A stretch of 64,000 nt of DNA from the human T2T-CHM13v2.0 reference genome, Homo sapiens. The position numbers and the translations under genes were made by a program. The notes beneath the pieces were generated by a model. That model saw only the letters and a list, made by a program, of their open reading frames with translations, did no database searches and had not been told where the DNA came from. Each line of letters begins with the position of its first letter. Positions within the stretch are counted from its first letter, which is position 1. Below, in pieces: positions 15,360-30,259 of the stretch. The DNA lies in assembly GCF_009914755.1 (NCBI RefSeq), contig NC_060926.1; one strand, written 5' to 3'.

Positions 15360-16760
15360 TAATTATCTTAAAAATATAGAAAATGCAAATAGCACATAAG
15401 GTATAAAGGCTACCTCTAATTCCACTCTCTAGATGCAACCACTTAGGAATTTTTTGTGTATTCTTCCAGACATTTTCTATGTATATGTGAGGATATATAT
15501 CATATAAATATTTATATGTGTAGTACCCTCACCCTTACATACATCATCTTCTTTTTAGTATAGGAATAGTATGACCCTATGTTCTACAGCTGCATAATAC
15601 TTTTCTATATTCCCCTGTTAATGCATATTTAGACTGTTTCCCATCTTTTACTATTATAATAGCACTTTGTGTGTTTTTCTTTTTGATACCTGGGATCCTT
15701 TAATTATAATAAAGAAATTTATTCCATTTACATTTATTTTCATAACATAAATTTGGTCAACTTATTTTTTTGTTACTTTCTTTTTTACTGCTATCTCTTT
15801 TTTATTTTCTGCTATATGGTAAAGAGTTTATTTTGTGTATTTCTCTCCTGCTGAAAATTTGGGTTTTAGTGGTTTCTTTGTAATTATATTTAATATATTC
15901 AAACCTCTGTTTCTTGATGTATCAATTTTAGACAGTAACTACTGATGCCTGCTTTATAAAGTGAGAAAATGAAGAAGGGTGAAAATAAAGATAGGGTACT
16001 CTCTCCCAAATTACTTCCTTATTAACTTGTGATTTTCATTAGTTTTTTCTATATTTTATATTATCAGAGTTTATAATATTTACATTTTTTCTGTAATTAT
16101 TGTTCCCACAGATATTTAGTCTTAGTTTTATATTTAAATGAATGTATTGCTTACCTCCAGACCTGCTATTCCACAGCTTCACCATTATCTTAGTCCATTT
16201 TTGCTGCTATAACAAAACCCTGAGACAGGGTAATTTATAAAGACAGAAATTTATTTTCTCATAGTTCAAGAGACCGAGAAGTCTAAGATCAAGGTGCCAT
16301 CAGGTTCAGTGTCTGGTGAGGCCCTGTTGCCCATAGATGGTGCTGCCTAGGTTTCCTCATTTGGCAGAAGAACAGAACAATGGAATAGCAAAGAGGGACC
16401 TTAGCTAGTGCTCTGTAGCCCATTTATAAGATGTTAATCTTTTCACGATGGCTTAGTCACTTCCCAAAAGGCTTAGTCACTTCCCAAAACCTCCTCTTAA
16501 TACTACCACAATGGAGACTGTATATCAACACATGAATTTTGGGAGACATTACCGCCGTAGCAACCATGTTGAATTCTTCATTTTGATGCAGTTCTTAGTT
16601 TGCTGTTTTCCATTATTAATAAGTTTTTCAAGATGGGTCAATAAGTACCATATTCCCTCTATGTTTTCAAATGTTTGAGAGTGTTTTTCTTTTATTTGTG
16701 TTAGAGGCCAGCATGAGTTTGCCTGCATTTGTCGATTACTTGATTTTCCTCCTTGAGACA
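15360..16760 (-). mobile_element. Degraded L1ME antisense fragments flanking the MST LTR
   Basis: T-rich; atattcccctgttaatgcatatttagactgtttcccatcttttactattataat. Confidence 0.5.
16186..16562 (-). mobile_element. MST/MLT1A-type MaLR solo LTR
   Basis: tcttagtccattttgctgctataacaaaa...gggtaatttataaag...aagatcaaggtgcc...catgaattttgggagacatt...tagca. Confidence 0.85.
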
Positions 16761-17718
16761 GCACTTATGCTTACTATATGCAATAAGCTCTAACATTTTC
16801 TTTTACTGTATTTAAGTATGACCATTAAATTTATATTATCTTCTACGGAAGTTTTTTTTAATTTTCTTTAAAAAAAAATCTGTGCTAAAATATAGTATTA
16901 AATAACATGGGCATAGTGGTCTAAGGTTACCAGCAGCTTCAATTCTACATGATCTCTCAAAATACCCTTTTGCCAGATTTGCTGGGTACTCTGCCCTGGT
17001 GGCTTCTTTTCTACGGTTTTCTGTTTTGGGAGAGCTAGTCTGAGATCAGCCTACTTCTTAGTGAAGTCACCTAGATTACTGGTCCTATTTTGATGAGTCT
17101 GGGTTATATAACTCTGCTAATTCTGCCTATCAGATACAAAGCAGGTTCATACTTCTCTTTTCTCACTACTTCACCTCCATGAAGTTTTTTTTTTTTAAGG
17201 TGGGAGACCTGCTCAGGGGAAATATCTCTCTTCTGTCTCTGCCTCTCCTCCATTCTGAAGCTGGATCCCCACAAAGAATTACCGTACAATTCCAGGGTCC
17301 TATTCCTATCCTTAGACTATATTAAAGTTTATTGACTGTACCCCTCTAGACTCCCTCCTTATTTTCAGTGAAATGTATACATGGCTGGAGATGCAGCCAT
17401 ATATCGACTGGTGGTGCACTCCGCCTTTAGGGCTGAGTCCAAGTTTCATAGCAAGGCATGAGATTATGGTCGTTTTCTAATTCCACTGTAGATAGAATTT
17501 TCTTCCCAATTTCTCAAGTGTTTGTTCACATAGAGTTTCAGGGAGGGAAGTAGAGTCACTTACTTGACTTCATCATTTATTATCATCTCTTATTAGAGAT
17601 CCTCAATCTGACAGATATGACAGAAATACTCTTTAAGGAAGATTATTCCAGAGCCTTTTAAGGTATATATTAAAGTGGGATGAGGTGACATACCAAAAAC
17701 TCTCAGAATAATCTAGGC

Positions 17719-17920
17719 CAGTACAGTCCAATAGAACGCTCTGCAATGATGGAATTAGTCTCTATTTGTGTTGTCCAATATAGTAGTTACTAGCCACATG
17801 TAGTTACTGAGCACTTGAAATGTGGTTTGTGAAACTGAGAAATTGATTTGATATGAATTATTTCAAATTTAATTTTATAGGGCCACACTCAGCTAATGGC
17901 CATTATATTGGACGGTGCAG
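17719..17920 (+). mobile_element. MER3 (hAT-Charlie)
   Basis: cagtacagtccaatagaacgctctgcaatgatgg...ctagccacatg...tattggacggtgcag. Confidence 0.88.
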
Positions 17921-20610
17921 ATCTGGGCAACATAAAAGTCTGAACATTAGACTGTGATGAAAGAAATGGAAATAAAAGAGGATACCCAAGAGGTGTTATG
18001 GAGAAAAGAAGCAGCAATGTTCCCATAGAGGAAAAGAGAAAGAGGAGATTTAAACAATTCAAACGCAGTTTGCTCAGAAGAATGGGGAAACTGGTAGTAC
18101 CGTCAAATAAAAAAGGGTATCTTTTGAAAAATAAATATTTTAACAGGTTGAGTTCCCAGTGGTAAGGAAACCTCTAAGTGGAAATGACTATAAACAAGTA
18201 AAATTCTCAATGAATTGGGGGTGGGGGTGAGGGTCAAAGCTACCAAAAAAAAAATTTCCTTGACACTTCCGTCTTGGTCTCTTCTGCCACCATACACTCC
18301 TTTTCAGAGATTACCTTGTCCTCCTCAACATGGAGGGACCCTGATATATGACATAATAATGATTGTTCAGAGAAATTACTATTTTACCTGTTGAATGATT
18401 AATATGAAATTAGTTACTGAAACACTCACTGGTGCAGAGTATCAAAGAAACGGTTTTGTTTCAGAAAGGAAAAATATAAGATAAAATATTGCTTGGCACA
18501 GACGTAGTACTTTTCATCTGAGATTCTCCACGTACTCAGCAAGTTTAATTAATGAGAAAACCTCTAAGAAGGAAGTGATGAAATAAGGAACACAGATACC
18601 AGTGTTCTATTTCTGTGATTTTTAAAAATCAAGCTTAGTATTTTCCTCTTCCATTAATGCACACAAGTATTGCCCCATGAGGCAGCCATGAGATATTCAT
18701 CTTTCTGCTGAATGATTTCTCTTGAAGGCATCTCACTTATGAGGGATAGCAACCACACAGAATCCTACCCCCTAACTTTATTGATGTCCTTTGCTCTATT
18801 TGCAATGGAAATCCATCCCTATCATCAGGGTGCAGCAAGCATTCTCTGATAATCGAGTCTGCACTGTCTCTGGAAAGATTGTTTTGTTGCAGAATGGAGC
18901 AGGTTATCTTCTTTATCAAAAATTACTTAAAACAAGCATCCATGAATCTAGGACTAACAGGCATTGAAAGGGAATAGGCAAGGCCCCTTAACGGGTACCC
19001 TACTGTGTAATCTTCCTTTCATCTTAATTCAGAATCCCTTGGAAATTCAAGTTGCCGTATGCAAAAATATAAATTCTTCTAATTACTTCTGTGTAGGGCA
19101 CAGGTTTGGCCTAATCAAAAGAGATATGCAATAATATATCCTGGCATTTGTTTTCATCTGTTGTAACTTGAGGATAGGTGCTGGGGTTTTGTTTTGGTTT
19201 TGGTTTTGGTCTCATGCCTTCTTATTCTTTTTGTTTTGTTTTTTGCTTTTTGCTTCCCAATTGAAATTGCCCAATTTCTTTTCTGCTCCTTACTCAGAAA
19301 AATAAAAAACAAAAATGTTGTTCTGCCAAAAGAGAAAAATACCTCAGAAAATCCTGCGTTCTAAAGATTTTTACAAATGATTTGATGTTTTGCAAAATAA
19401 AACTAGCTTCCATGTGCAAAACAGCTGTTTTTGTTCGAATAGGGGAAGATACTGATGGGTTTCAGTTGTTTTTTTAACTCGTCCTGGCCTCCCGTATGTC
19501 TCCAGTCATATACAGATCATTCACTTCTAGCCCACAGCCCTCTTATATTCTCTGGGCCCAGGACATCAAGTTTGTCCCATCTATTCTTGACTTTCTTTAG
19601 CCGCCTGAGCCAGCATCGTCTTATCTCTCCTCTTGTACACAGTGCCCCTTCTTTGTCCAGTGACAAGGTTTACACTCTTTTCTCATTAGTGCTGAAGACC
19701 TCCTCACACCATCAAGATCACCATTGTCCAGTAAGAGGCTATAGTGACCTTTCCATTTTAATACATTACTGAGAATTTAGTAGAGCTGATTTAACACTTT
19801 CCAGATTAAATGTCAAATTCTCAAAATTCAGATGGATTTGGAATCCACCTAAGTATATTTTTCTGCTTCCATTCCCAGTAGACTGCACAGTGGCACTGAT
19901 TAGCACTAGCATTTTGTAATATCACTTAAGGCTTTAGCACTGTGGAGTTCTGCCAGTAATGGTGTTTAATTCACTTATATGTGCCAATTCATCTCTGTCA
20001 GGAACCTATTAATTTCTTCACTATTTTACTCTGTCCCTAGCGCCTATATAATGAGACACAATAATCCCCATTTGTATAACCAAAAAACTTAGAGTCTCTT
20101 GTAAATTATCCCTGATCCCACTGCTTTTAGTGACCAGAAAGCCTCTGTATTTCTTTTTCATATTTAAATCAATTTTCACAAGTTCCTTTCTTTAGAAGAA
20201 TACACAGGAACTCTAGGGCACTAAATTACTGAAGTCGTAGAAAAACTAGAGGATTTTGATGAGTTTGTTAACATGCATCCCTGTCCCAAGAAAGGCTTCT
20301 ATAATATCGAACCAAAGATGCACTGTTCCCACAAGCACATGCCATCTGTGGGGAGGGAATGTGAATGAAAACAGCCTCTGAAGCTACTATCAGCCTAGTC
20401 ATCAGTGGGCAAGATATCAAAATACCCATAGCATTGCTATCAAAGTAAAGACCCTGTAACAAATAAAGATCAGATATATAAAATTAATCTTCTTATGCTG
20501 TTGGCATTTCTGCATGCTGTGATCTTGAGTAAACAGGAGAATGACAGCTAAGAGACGAGGAAGAGTTAACATAAATTCAAGAGAGTATTTCATTGTATTA
20601 TTATATGAAA

Positions 20611-20648
20611 CTCACATACATCTTTGCTACCTGTACTGTATTTTTCAG
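20611..20648 (+). promoter_or_regulatory. Branch point candidate, polypyrimidine tract and 3' splice site
   Basis: CTCAC (yUnAy) at 20611-15; no AG dinucleotide from 20586 to 20646; tgtatttttcAG. Confidence 0.8.
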
Positions 20649-20951
20649 GATTGGAGCAAAACATCAGGAGCTAAGGGAAAAGCAGGCAAGAGGTCTTCTT
20701 GATTATGCTACTGGTGCAATTGGATCAGTGTATGATATGGATGATGATGAAATGGACCCCAATTATGCCAGAGTGAACCACTTTCGGGAACCATGCACAT
20801 CAGCAAATGTCTTTAGATCTCCATCTCCCCCTCGAGCTGGACCATTTGGTTACCCTCGGGATGGCCATCCACTGTCTCCAGAAAGAGACCACTTAGAGGG
20901 TCTCTATGCCAAGGTCAACAAGCCATACCATCCACTGGTTCCAGCTGACAG
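20649..20951 (+). CDS. PARD3B: Internal coding exon (303 bp, phase 2-2) of Par-3 family cell polarity regulator beta, C-terminal region
   Basis: Open frame (R)IGAKHQELREKQARGLLDYATGAIGSVYDMDDDEMDPNYARVNHFREPCTSANVFRSPSPPRAGPFGYPRDGHPLSPERDHLEGLYAKVNKPYHPLVPAD(S), recognised from memory as PARD3B. Acceptor ttttcAG|G at 20647-48 and donor AG|GTaata at 20952-53. The N-terminal MYYYM... of ORF 20593..20955 is intronic. Confidence 0.95.
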
Positions 20952-20959
20952 GTAATAAA
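20950..20959 (+). promoter_or_regulatory. 5' splice site AG|GTAATA overlapping an in-frame TAA and an AATAAA hexamer
   Basis: Sequence gacAG|GTAATAAAc: TAA at 20953-55, AATAAA at 20954-59. Confidence 0.8.
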
Positions 20960-22569
20960 CTTAGTGAAAGATAAATGTAGCTTTAATTCAGTATGTTTCA
21001 AATCATCTCTACTGCTGAAACCGATAAAAAATGTCTCCTTCAATCAATTAAAACTGAAACGAGTCAGTACCCTAGACAAGTGCCATCCTTTGACCGACCT
21101 GTAAGATATCCACCATCAAAAATAAAACAATAGCCAATTGTAAGGTGGCATGAATGAATAGTAGTAGCAGAGTTCATGATGCAATAGGGAGCCATTTTTG
21201 AAGGAGTATTGTGACAGACATCTCATGAAGAAAACTTTGAACGAATATTGTCCTTTCTCCTAAGAGACCAATTGTAAAAGATTTATTCAGGAAGATGGCA
21301 TGGCACATGGAGGTGGAGAGTCAGAAAAGAGAAGATGATAGCTTCCAAGTAGGTGTAATTGAAGTGGGAATTACAGAAAGCTGCAGAGGAGCAGGGGCCT
21401 TTGAAAAGTAAGATGGGGGTTTTGTACTCAAGGGAAAGGTGACCCTGTATAGATATTCATGGATGATCAGAGGTAGAAAAAGAAATAATCTTGGCAATAG
21501 GAGTTTGATGAAGTAGAGAAAGATAAGAGGTGACAAGTCCACAGATCTTTAGGTTTAGCAGCTAAGGAGAGAGATAATAGGACTATCTGTCAGTACAATT
21601 GAAGTAGGTAGAAAACAAGATGATTCCAACCCCACCTCCTGCCAAAAGTAAAATGCTTCATGTCTTGAAAGACTGATGTAAGAGAGTTTTAGTCGATATA
21701 CATTGTTAGGTGACCCTTGGAATTACACATGCAAGGAATGAGTTGACTGATCTTGGACTAATCTGACTAGCTTGACGTCTGGAGGGAGGTGGTGGGGAAG
21801 AAGGGTAGCAGGCACAGAGGGCTCTCATTCTGGATGAAGAAAAGACTTGTTTTCCAGACTTCTTAGGGTCCTGACAACCACCCAGTCCCTATTAGTAACC
21901 AGCCTTTGTGTGATGGCATGATATATTGCATATGTTTACCATTTACATTTCCCCAGCTGGGTGATATTATGCACTTTCAATTAGGTTGGGGAGAGGAAGG
22001 GAAATCATGGCATTTTTATGCAGACTGTAAAGTGTAGCTTCAAAAGACTGATTACCTTTCAGAGCCTTTCCAATAACCAAGTGGGAAGGAAGGAGCAATT
22101 TTTAATCCTTACTGTCAGGCATCCAGGTTGATAATATTAAAGAAAGATGGTGAAGTTTTTCTTTGGGACAAAATGAAAATATAAATTTTTATGACTGTGA
22201 TATAGCCATAATAACTAAACTGCTAATTCAAAGAATTGATTAAGAGTTGGATTTTTCTCCCCAGCCTTCATAGAGGATTGAATTTTATTGTATAAATAAT
22301 AACACCAGGCATGAGTCTCTTCTCACCCAAACCATAGTCAATCTTACCTTCCCTAAATTAGATAGGTCTTCATAACAATCCTCTCTGCGTATTCCACAGC
22401 TAGAATCCCAACACAGAGGGACTGTTTATAGGAACCTCTTAAGCCAGTATTTTCCAATACTAATTCCATGGAAATAAATGTGAGGCATTTTATAAAAAAG
22501 GATTCACAAGTCCAATACATATGGGGAATTCTAGGAATTCTAGGGTAAGCCACAAGGAACAGGTTTTCC

Positions 22570-22878
22570 TTTTTTTTTTTTTTTTTTTTTTTTTTGAGAC
22601 GGAGTCTCACTCTGTCGACCAGGCTGGAGTGCAGTGGTACGATCGCGGCTAACCGCAACCTCTGCCTCCTAGTTTTGAGCGTTTCTCCTGCCTCAGCCTC
22701 CCGAGTGAGTAGCTGGGATTACAGATGCCTGCAACCACGGCTGGCTAATTTTTGAATTTTTAGTAGAGACAGGGTTTCACTGTCTTAACCAGGCTGGTCT
22801 TGAACTCCTGACCTCATGATCCACCCACCTCGGCATCCCAAAGTGCTGGGATTTGAGGCATAAGCCGCCGGGCCTGGG
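22570..22878 (-). mobile_element. Alu (AluSg-like)
   Basis: Long T tract and full Alu; TSD gaac(a/g)ggttttc. Confidence 0.95.
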
Positions 22879-24144
22879 AAGAACGGGTTTTCTTATTGCA
22901 GTCTTTTTATGCCTAATATGCTGACATGCATTCTGAGTTTCTAAGAGGACCATCCAACAACCAGCATGCATCATCCCCCAAATTTTTGTCACCTAAAGCA
23001 TATGTTTCCCCCAGATCTTTGGAACACTATTTAGGAAACTCTACTAACTAATCTATGTCGACGTGACCAGAAAATAAGTTTCTTATGATAATCTTAACTG
23101 CAGCCACTATAAAATGATATTTAAAAAATTATTGACTGCCCAGTCCAGACATATGTGTAAAAGAGTGTTACTTTTGGCTCTGACCCCTTTATATTAAAAG
23201 TGATCTAAAGCTGCTTTCAATAGAGTTTTCACCGCTGTCCTATTTTTGGATAGCAGATCAAAATGTGACTCTTTATACTCAGAATTATCTTTATCCTGCT
23301 CTTATCTTTAATTATGCTTAAAGACTGCCCTGCTCCTTGTTCTTCAAGTCTTCAAGCAAGCCGATTTTGTCCTGGCACATAGTAAGCATTCACTAATGTT
23401 AGGTATTATCATCATCATTGTTACTATTATTATTACTCTCCTTTTTCAATGAAAATCTGAACTTCCCTGATATGCCTGTGCCCAGATAAGTCTAAGAAGA
23501 GTTGCTATGGCAGTTTCCCTAATAGTATCCGTAAGCAGGAACCTACAAATTCTAAACATACCATACGTACTGTTAGAGGGCAATGCCATTCATCCATTCA
23601 TCTTTTCATTCCTTCACTCATTTAGTAAGTATGTATTTGACACCTAATGTGTTCCAACTACTATAGAAAGCTTTAGGGAAGATAGAGAGATGATTAAGAA
23701 ACAGTCCCAGGCCAGAAGAGGTCATAATCTAGTGAATAGAGGACCAACACATGTAGAAATGGATCATTGCATTGTCTTGTAAATAGAAGGAAAAGAAGTT
23801 TTTCCTTTCTAACTCTGCCTAAGCTAGTCAGGAAAGTCCTCCAAACAGAGGTGATATTTGAACTGGCTCTAGAAGGCTTAGTAAGACAGGAGCAATTGCA
23901 GTGGAAGAATTGTTTTCTTTGCAGAATAATTAAGCATGCACAAGAGCAAAGTGGCCTGAAAGAGCAGGCCTGTTAGGGGAGCTCAGAAGCACCCAGACAC
24001 GGAGCATGGGTGGGAAGGAAAGTGATAGGAAAAGTGGCTGCAAAGCAGGCTGGGGTCAGTTTGTGATTTAATGGGTTGTATCTTAGGCTGCTACTTATTG
24101 ATTGGTAGTGGCTGTCCAGAAATCTGTGTTAATGAAGGTCCTGA

Positions 24145-24745
<601 letters not shown>

Positions 24746-25384
24746 AAAGGTTCTGAAGTTATGCCTGAATAAGGGTATTTTTCCTGGACTCCAGAATGAT
24801 GCGTGGTAGCAAGTGTGTAGTGGGTTTTGATGTATTTGCCAATCCCGTAGACAATGGGAGCCACTGAAGCGTCATAATTGGGGAATGAGCTGATGGATTT
24901 GTGTTTTGGGAAAATAGCTCTTCCAACTTGATGGCAGACAAAGAAGAAGATGGTTAGACTAAGAGACAGAGTAAGAGATGATTACAGTAGTAAATGAGGA
25001 CAGGAGCTTGAAATAAGAGAGTGGCATTGGAGACAGGAGAGTATAAGAAGCAGCCCAAAACTTTAACTTAAAACAAAGACAAAGATGTTTAGCAGATATC
25101 ACAGACATGAGGCTTTCAAATGCTTCAGAGAGCTCAGTGGAATAAGGACTAAAAAGAGGGCTTTAGATTTGGCCACTAAAAGGTCATCAGTTAATTTAGA
25201 GAGAACAGTTTTAGTAGCTAAGTAGGACCAGAGGGAGAATTATAATGAGAAGAGAATTGATTAAGAGGTGAGAACTTAAGGAGTGAGCTCTTGGTGACAA
25301 AGAGAGAGCAGAGTTATAGAATGGAAAAGTTGCAGCTTTGAAGTTCCTTCTGTGACAGTATTTCAGAGCTAACAAGAGAATTCA

Positions 25385-25510
25385 GAGACTGTCTAGAGTG
25401 ACCTTCTCATATGATTACTGCAGAAACTGGGGCCCAGAGAAGATGAGTGACTTGCCCAAGGTCACACAGCATGGAATCAGGACTTTATCCTAGATCTCTG
25501 TGTTCTACAG
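25385..25510 (-). mobile_element. MIR
   Basis: gaaactggggcccagagaagatgagtgacttgcccaaggtcacacagc. Confidence 0.8.
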
Positions 25511-25571
25511 TCTTCTTTTCCCTACCCCACACTATGATATAGACCCACACTCTCATTTCCTGCTTGACGAA

Positions 25572-25978
25572 TGTATTAGTCCATTCTCGCACTGCTATAA
25601 TGAGATACCTGTGACTGGGTAATTTACAAAGAAAAGAGGTTTAATTGGCTCACAGTTCTGCAGGCTGTCCAGGAAGCATGATGCTGGCATCAGCTCAGCT
25701 TCTCAGGAGGCATCCACAAACTTTCAATCGTGGCAGAAGGCAAAGGGGAAGCAGGCAGGTCTTACATGGCAGGGGCAGGAGCAAGACAGAGAGGAGGGAG
25801 GTGCTACACACTTCTAAACGGCCGGATCTCACGAGAACTCACTCACCATTACAAAAACAGTACCAGTGGGGAAATCCACCCCCATGATCCAATCATCTCC
25901 CACCAGGCCCCACTTCCAACACTGGGGATTACAATTTGACATGAAATTTAGGCAGGGACACAGATCCAAACCATATTA
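25572..25978 (-). mobile_element. MSTA-like MaLR solo LTR
   Basis: tgtattagtccattctcgcactgctataa...aaagaaaagaggtttaattggctcacagttctgcagg...gggacacagatccaaaccatatta; TSD acgaa/aggaa. Confidence 0.92.
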
Positions 25979-26139
25979 AGGAAATTAGTACCTGGATAAG
26001 TAAAGAAGCATCCATCTGGGCTCCCAACATATAATGGCAGATTAAATCATGGGTATGGGAATGAAGCTGATATGGGTCCAGTCCACTTCCAAATACTGCT
26101 GCATGAGCTGCATGACTTATCCAAGATGCCATTTTTTAT

Positions 26140-26640
26140 TTTCATGCATTTAATTCAACAAATACTTATTGAGTATCCACTAAGGGTCAGGGCCTGAGTT
26201 CAGTACTGGACTCACCAGGGAACTGGGAGGAAGATGACTATGCTGCCTTCATTATGGATATTAGGATCCAATGGCAATACAAAGACCTAAACATGCAGTG
26301 AGAACACAGTGTGGAAAGTGCAGCCGAAGAGTAAGTGCAGGGTACTGTTTGGGGCCAGGCAGCAAGGGTGAAAACAGAGGGGAGAGGAAGCATGATGTGT
26401 TAGGGGGACTGAAAGACTCTCAGTAAAATAGAAACCTGGTGGGAGGGGTAAATGGAAAGAGAGAACATGGGATGGCCTCAGAGCTGACCAAAGGCAGATG
26501 AGAGAGGTTGGCCGGCCTTGACGAAGAGTTTGGACTCTATCCTGAGGGAGGTGGGGCAGGGTTTGGGTTGGAGAAGAGCTCGCTGAGGGGAAGAACTCAC
26601 TGAGGGTTTTAACGTGAGATATAATCCTGGAATTCAATAG
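26140..26640 (-). mobile_element. L2 LINE 3' fragment
   Basis: ttcaacaaatacttattgagtatccact...gagtttggactctatcctgagg. Confidence 0.7.
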
Positions 26641-27638
26641 GCTGTTTAATAGCATAGGCGGTTTATCCTCATCTACTTATTTGTAAAAGGGAAGATTATA
26701 ATATAGCCTTGCATCCTGTGATGGTTAAATATGATTTTACATTTTGCATTTTTTTCTATCTCCATATGAAACATACCCTATTTGTCCATATATCTCTGTC
26801 ACATAGGAACAGATCGTGTGTATGTGGTCCATAGTAGCTTTCTAATAGAGGCGACTTCGGTCTCATACCTACTTGCTTCTCAAAGGTTGGCCCTGAACCT
26901 TCAGTCCATCTTAGAAAAAAAAAATTGCCTTATAAAAGATTCATCTATAAATGACAGTGGTTAAAAAAAAATTTCTACCACCAGGACAGAGACACGTGAC
27001 TGGATTTTCACAATGCTGGTTCTTCCAGGATTTGAACGTAGCATGGGTTAAATCCTGCCCTCAAAGCCTGACAATTACTCAGGTTTACAATGTGTTAGTT
27101 TTCCACCGCAATGCCAGCATTGAAAGGGCTCCCAGAGTGTATGAACATGAAAACTTTATGTCTGGATGAGGACAAAACAGTTCCAAATAGGGGGCTAGAA
27201 GGTATATGTGGCACACAGCACAAATGCAGTTTTGCATTAGTTTGTGTGACAATTTGACATTCATTTCTAGAGGTTGCCAAATGGGTTTGATTGCACACAG
27301 TATCAGTAAAAGAAAAAAATTGCTTTCGGGTGTTAACCTCTAAAAATATGGGCATTTGTTTCTAACTGATATATACTAATTTACCCTACTAATATATTAC
27401 ATAGAAGACATATACCAAATAGAGAAATTAATTTTAAAATGAGACTTTAACAAATTGTAACATGAGTAGTGGTTCTGATATTTTCTTCCTCCCTCAAATG
27501 GGGTTTATACAGCCCATTTTGGAGACCACTGGTCTCAGCTTCAGGCTTCAGGGTGGTAGGGACCTATCCTGCTTTTGCTCACCTGTCTCCTCAGTTCCTG
27601 GGGCAGTCTGTCCTCAATAAATATTTTTGGAATAATGA

Positions 27639-27955
<317 letters not shown>

Positions 27956-28379
27956 GATTTAACAGTATCTTAAAGTTGGCTAGCACCTTCAGTGGTCAAG
28001 CCTCACGTCCCACTCATCAGAGGCATCTTCTCCATGAACTGCCTCATGAATGTCACCTAACTCACATTGGCATACTTCAGTGACAAAATTCATGAGGCAT
28101 CCTTTTTCTTTTAGATCACTCTAGTTGATGTAGAAATGCCCACTTTTTACCCACCCAAACACTGTCTCCGTGTAGCTTTTACCAGGGATCTTGGGTTGAG
28201 CTACCTGGACACAGCATCTAAGCCTCATTAACAGCCTTTTAGGTATTTAAAGTGACTGCTATGACCACCTTCACTAACAAACATTTATGAACTCTAAACA
28301 TATGGCCAGGCTCTGTGCTTAGCACTGGCCTTAAGAAGGATGTAGAAAACACAGCAAATGACCTTGAGAAGTTTCTTGT

Positions 28380-29160
28380 ATAATCATTTCTTCGGCATAA
28401 ACTCCCCCAGCTGTTTTAGCCCCTTCTTAAATTATAATTCACACCTTCAGCCCTCTTGGCAGCCATTTGGGGAATGTGTACACTAAAGTCTATTGAGTTT
28501 ATGATTGCTTTGTTGGGCATGGCATGCAGAACTGGGTACCATATTTCAGATATGGTCAGAAAATCACAGAAGTCAGTGGGACTCTGGGTATCCTTTGATT
28601 TTAATCCTTTACACTTATTAATGTGGCCTAAGCTTTTATGTCCATTGTCATTATTAGCTTATATTGCACTTTTTAACTAAATGTTTGGTTTTTTTCACTT
28701 AAGTTGCTATCAAACAAGATTCCCCAATAAATTTACAAAATCCTTTATTGGTACAATAACTTTTTAAAATGTGGGATAGTCTCTTTATCCAAGTTGAATA
28801 TTTACTTGTTAGGGTTAGCCCATTGTTGTAGCCAATAAAGATATTTTAAAGTATGGATTTTTGTACTCCAATGTATTTGTTATTCCCTAGATTTTACCAG
28901 CCTCATATTTAATCATTGTGGGCTCCTCCATGTCATTGATAAGATCGTTGATCAATGTCAAATACAATCCCAGCACTCATCACTCGAGACCTCCATTAAT
29001 CAACACTCTTTGGGATCTTCAGTTAGCTATTAATCTAGTCTGCTATTATCTAGTCTGCATTTTCCAGTTCATCTGAACTTATCTTAGTGATAACGAGGTA
29101 CACCATGTTTGTGAAAATCCATTGATTTACCACTCTGGTAACCCTAACAAGAAAAGGAAT
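28380..29160 (-). mobile_element. CR1/L3 LINE ORF2 fragment
   Basis: cagaactgggtaccatatttcagatatggtc...cagtgggact...ttattaatgtggcctaag matches antisense CR1 ORF2. Confidence 0.65.
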
Positions 29161-29163
29161 TAC

Positions 29164-29496
<333 letters not shown>

Positions 29497-29500
29497 TTAG

Positions 29501-29809
<309 letters not shown>

Positions 29810-30259
29810 CCCTTTATTTTTCCTCTTTCTAATTTTCGTAAATAATGTGTCCATTTAGACTTAATTATGCAAAATAACACTTTCTGTGAGCTGATGTAAT
29901 ACCAGGCACTTAGAGGCACTTAGTATTTGCTTACTAAATACTTACTTAGTAACTGATATATGGCAGCTGTAAAATTGAAGTGGCAGACAGCGCACAGCTC
30001 CTGAATGCTCCAGTTAAGCAGCTTTTGTTTTCCAGCATGTATCCACTAATTTTGCAGAAAACTTTTATTGAGCATCTGTTGTGTTCCAGAGGTCACACAA
30101 AGAAGTTTAGAAGCAATCTGACTCTCAAGGAACTCAGTCTGATAGCCAAAACTATCTCATAAACAAATAATTACAATATAATATGTTCCATTAGAATAGA
30201 GGTGTATGTGGGATATGTTGTAAAAATCATGAAATTGTTAAGTGCATTCAGTGTGAGAA

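Noticed and set aside
20593-20648. ORF-track N-terminus MYYYMKLTYIFATCTVFF
   Set aside because: Intronic branch point and polypyrimidine tract that happens to be open in frame; the exon starts at 20649.
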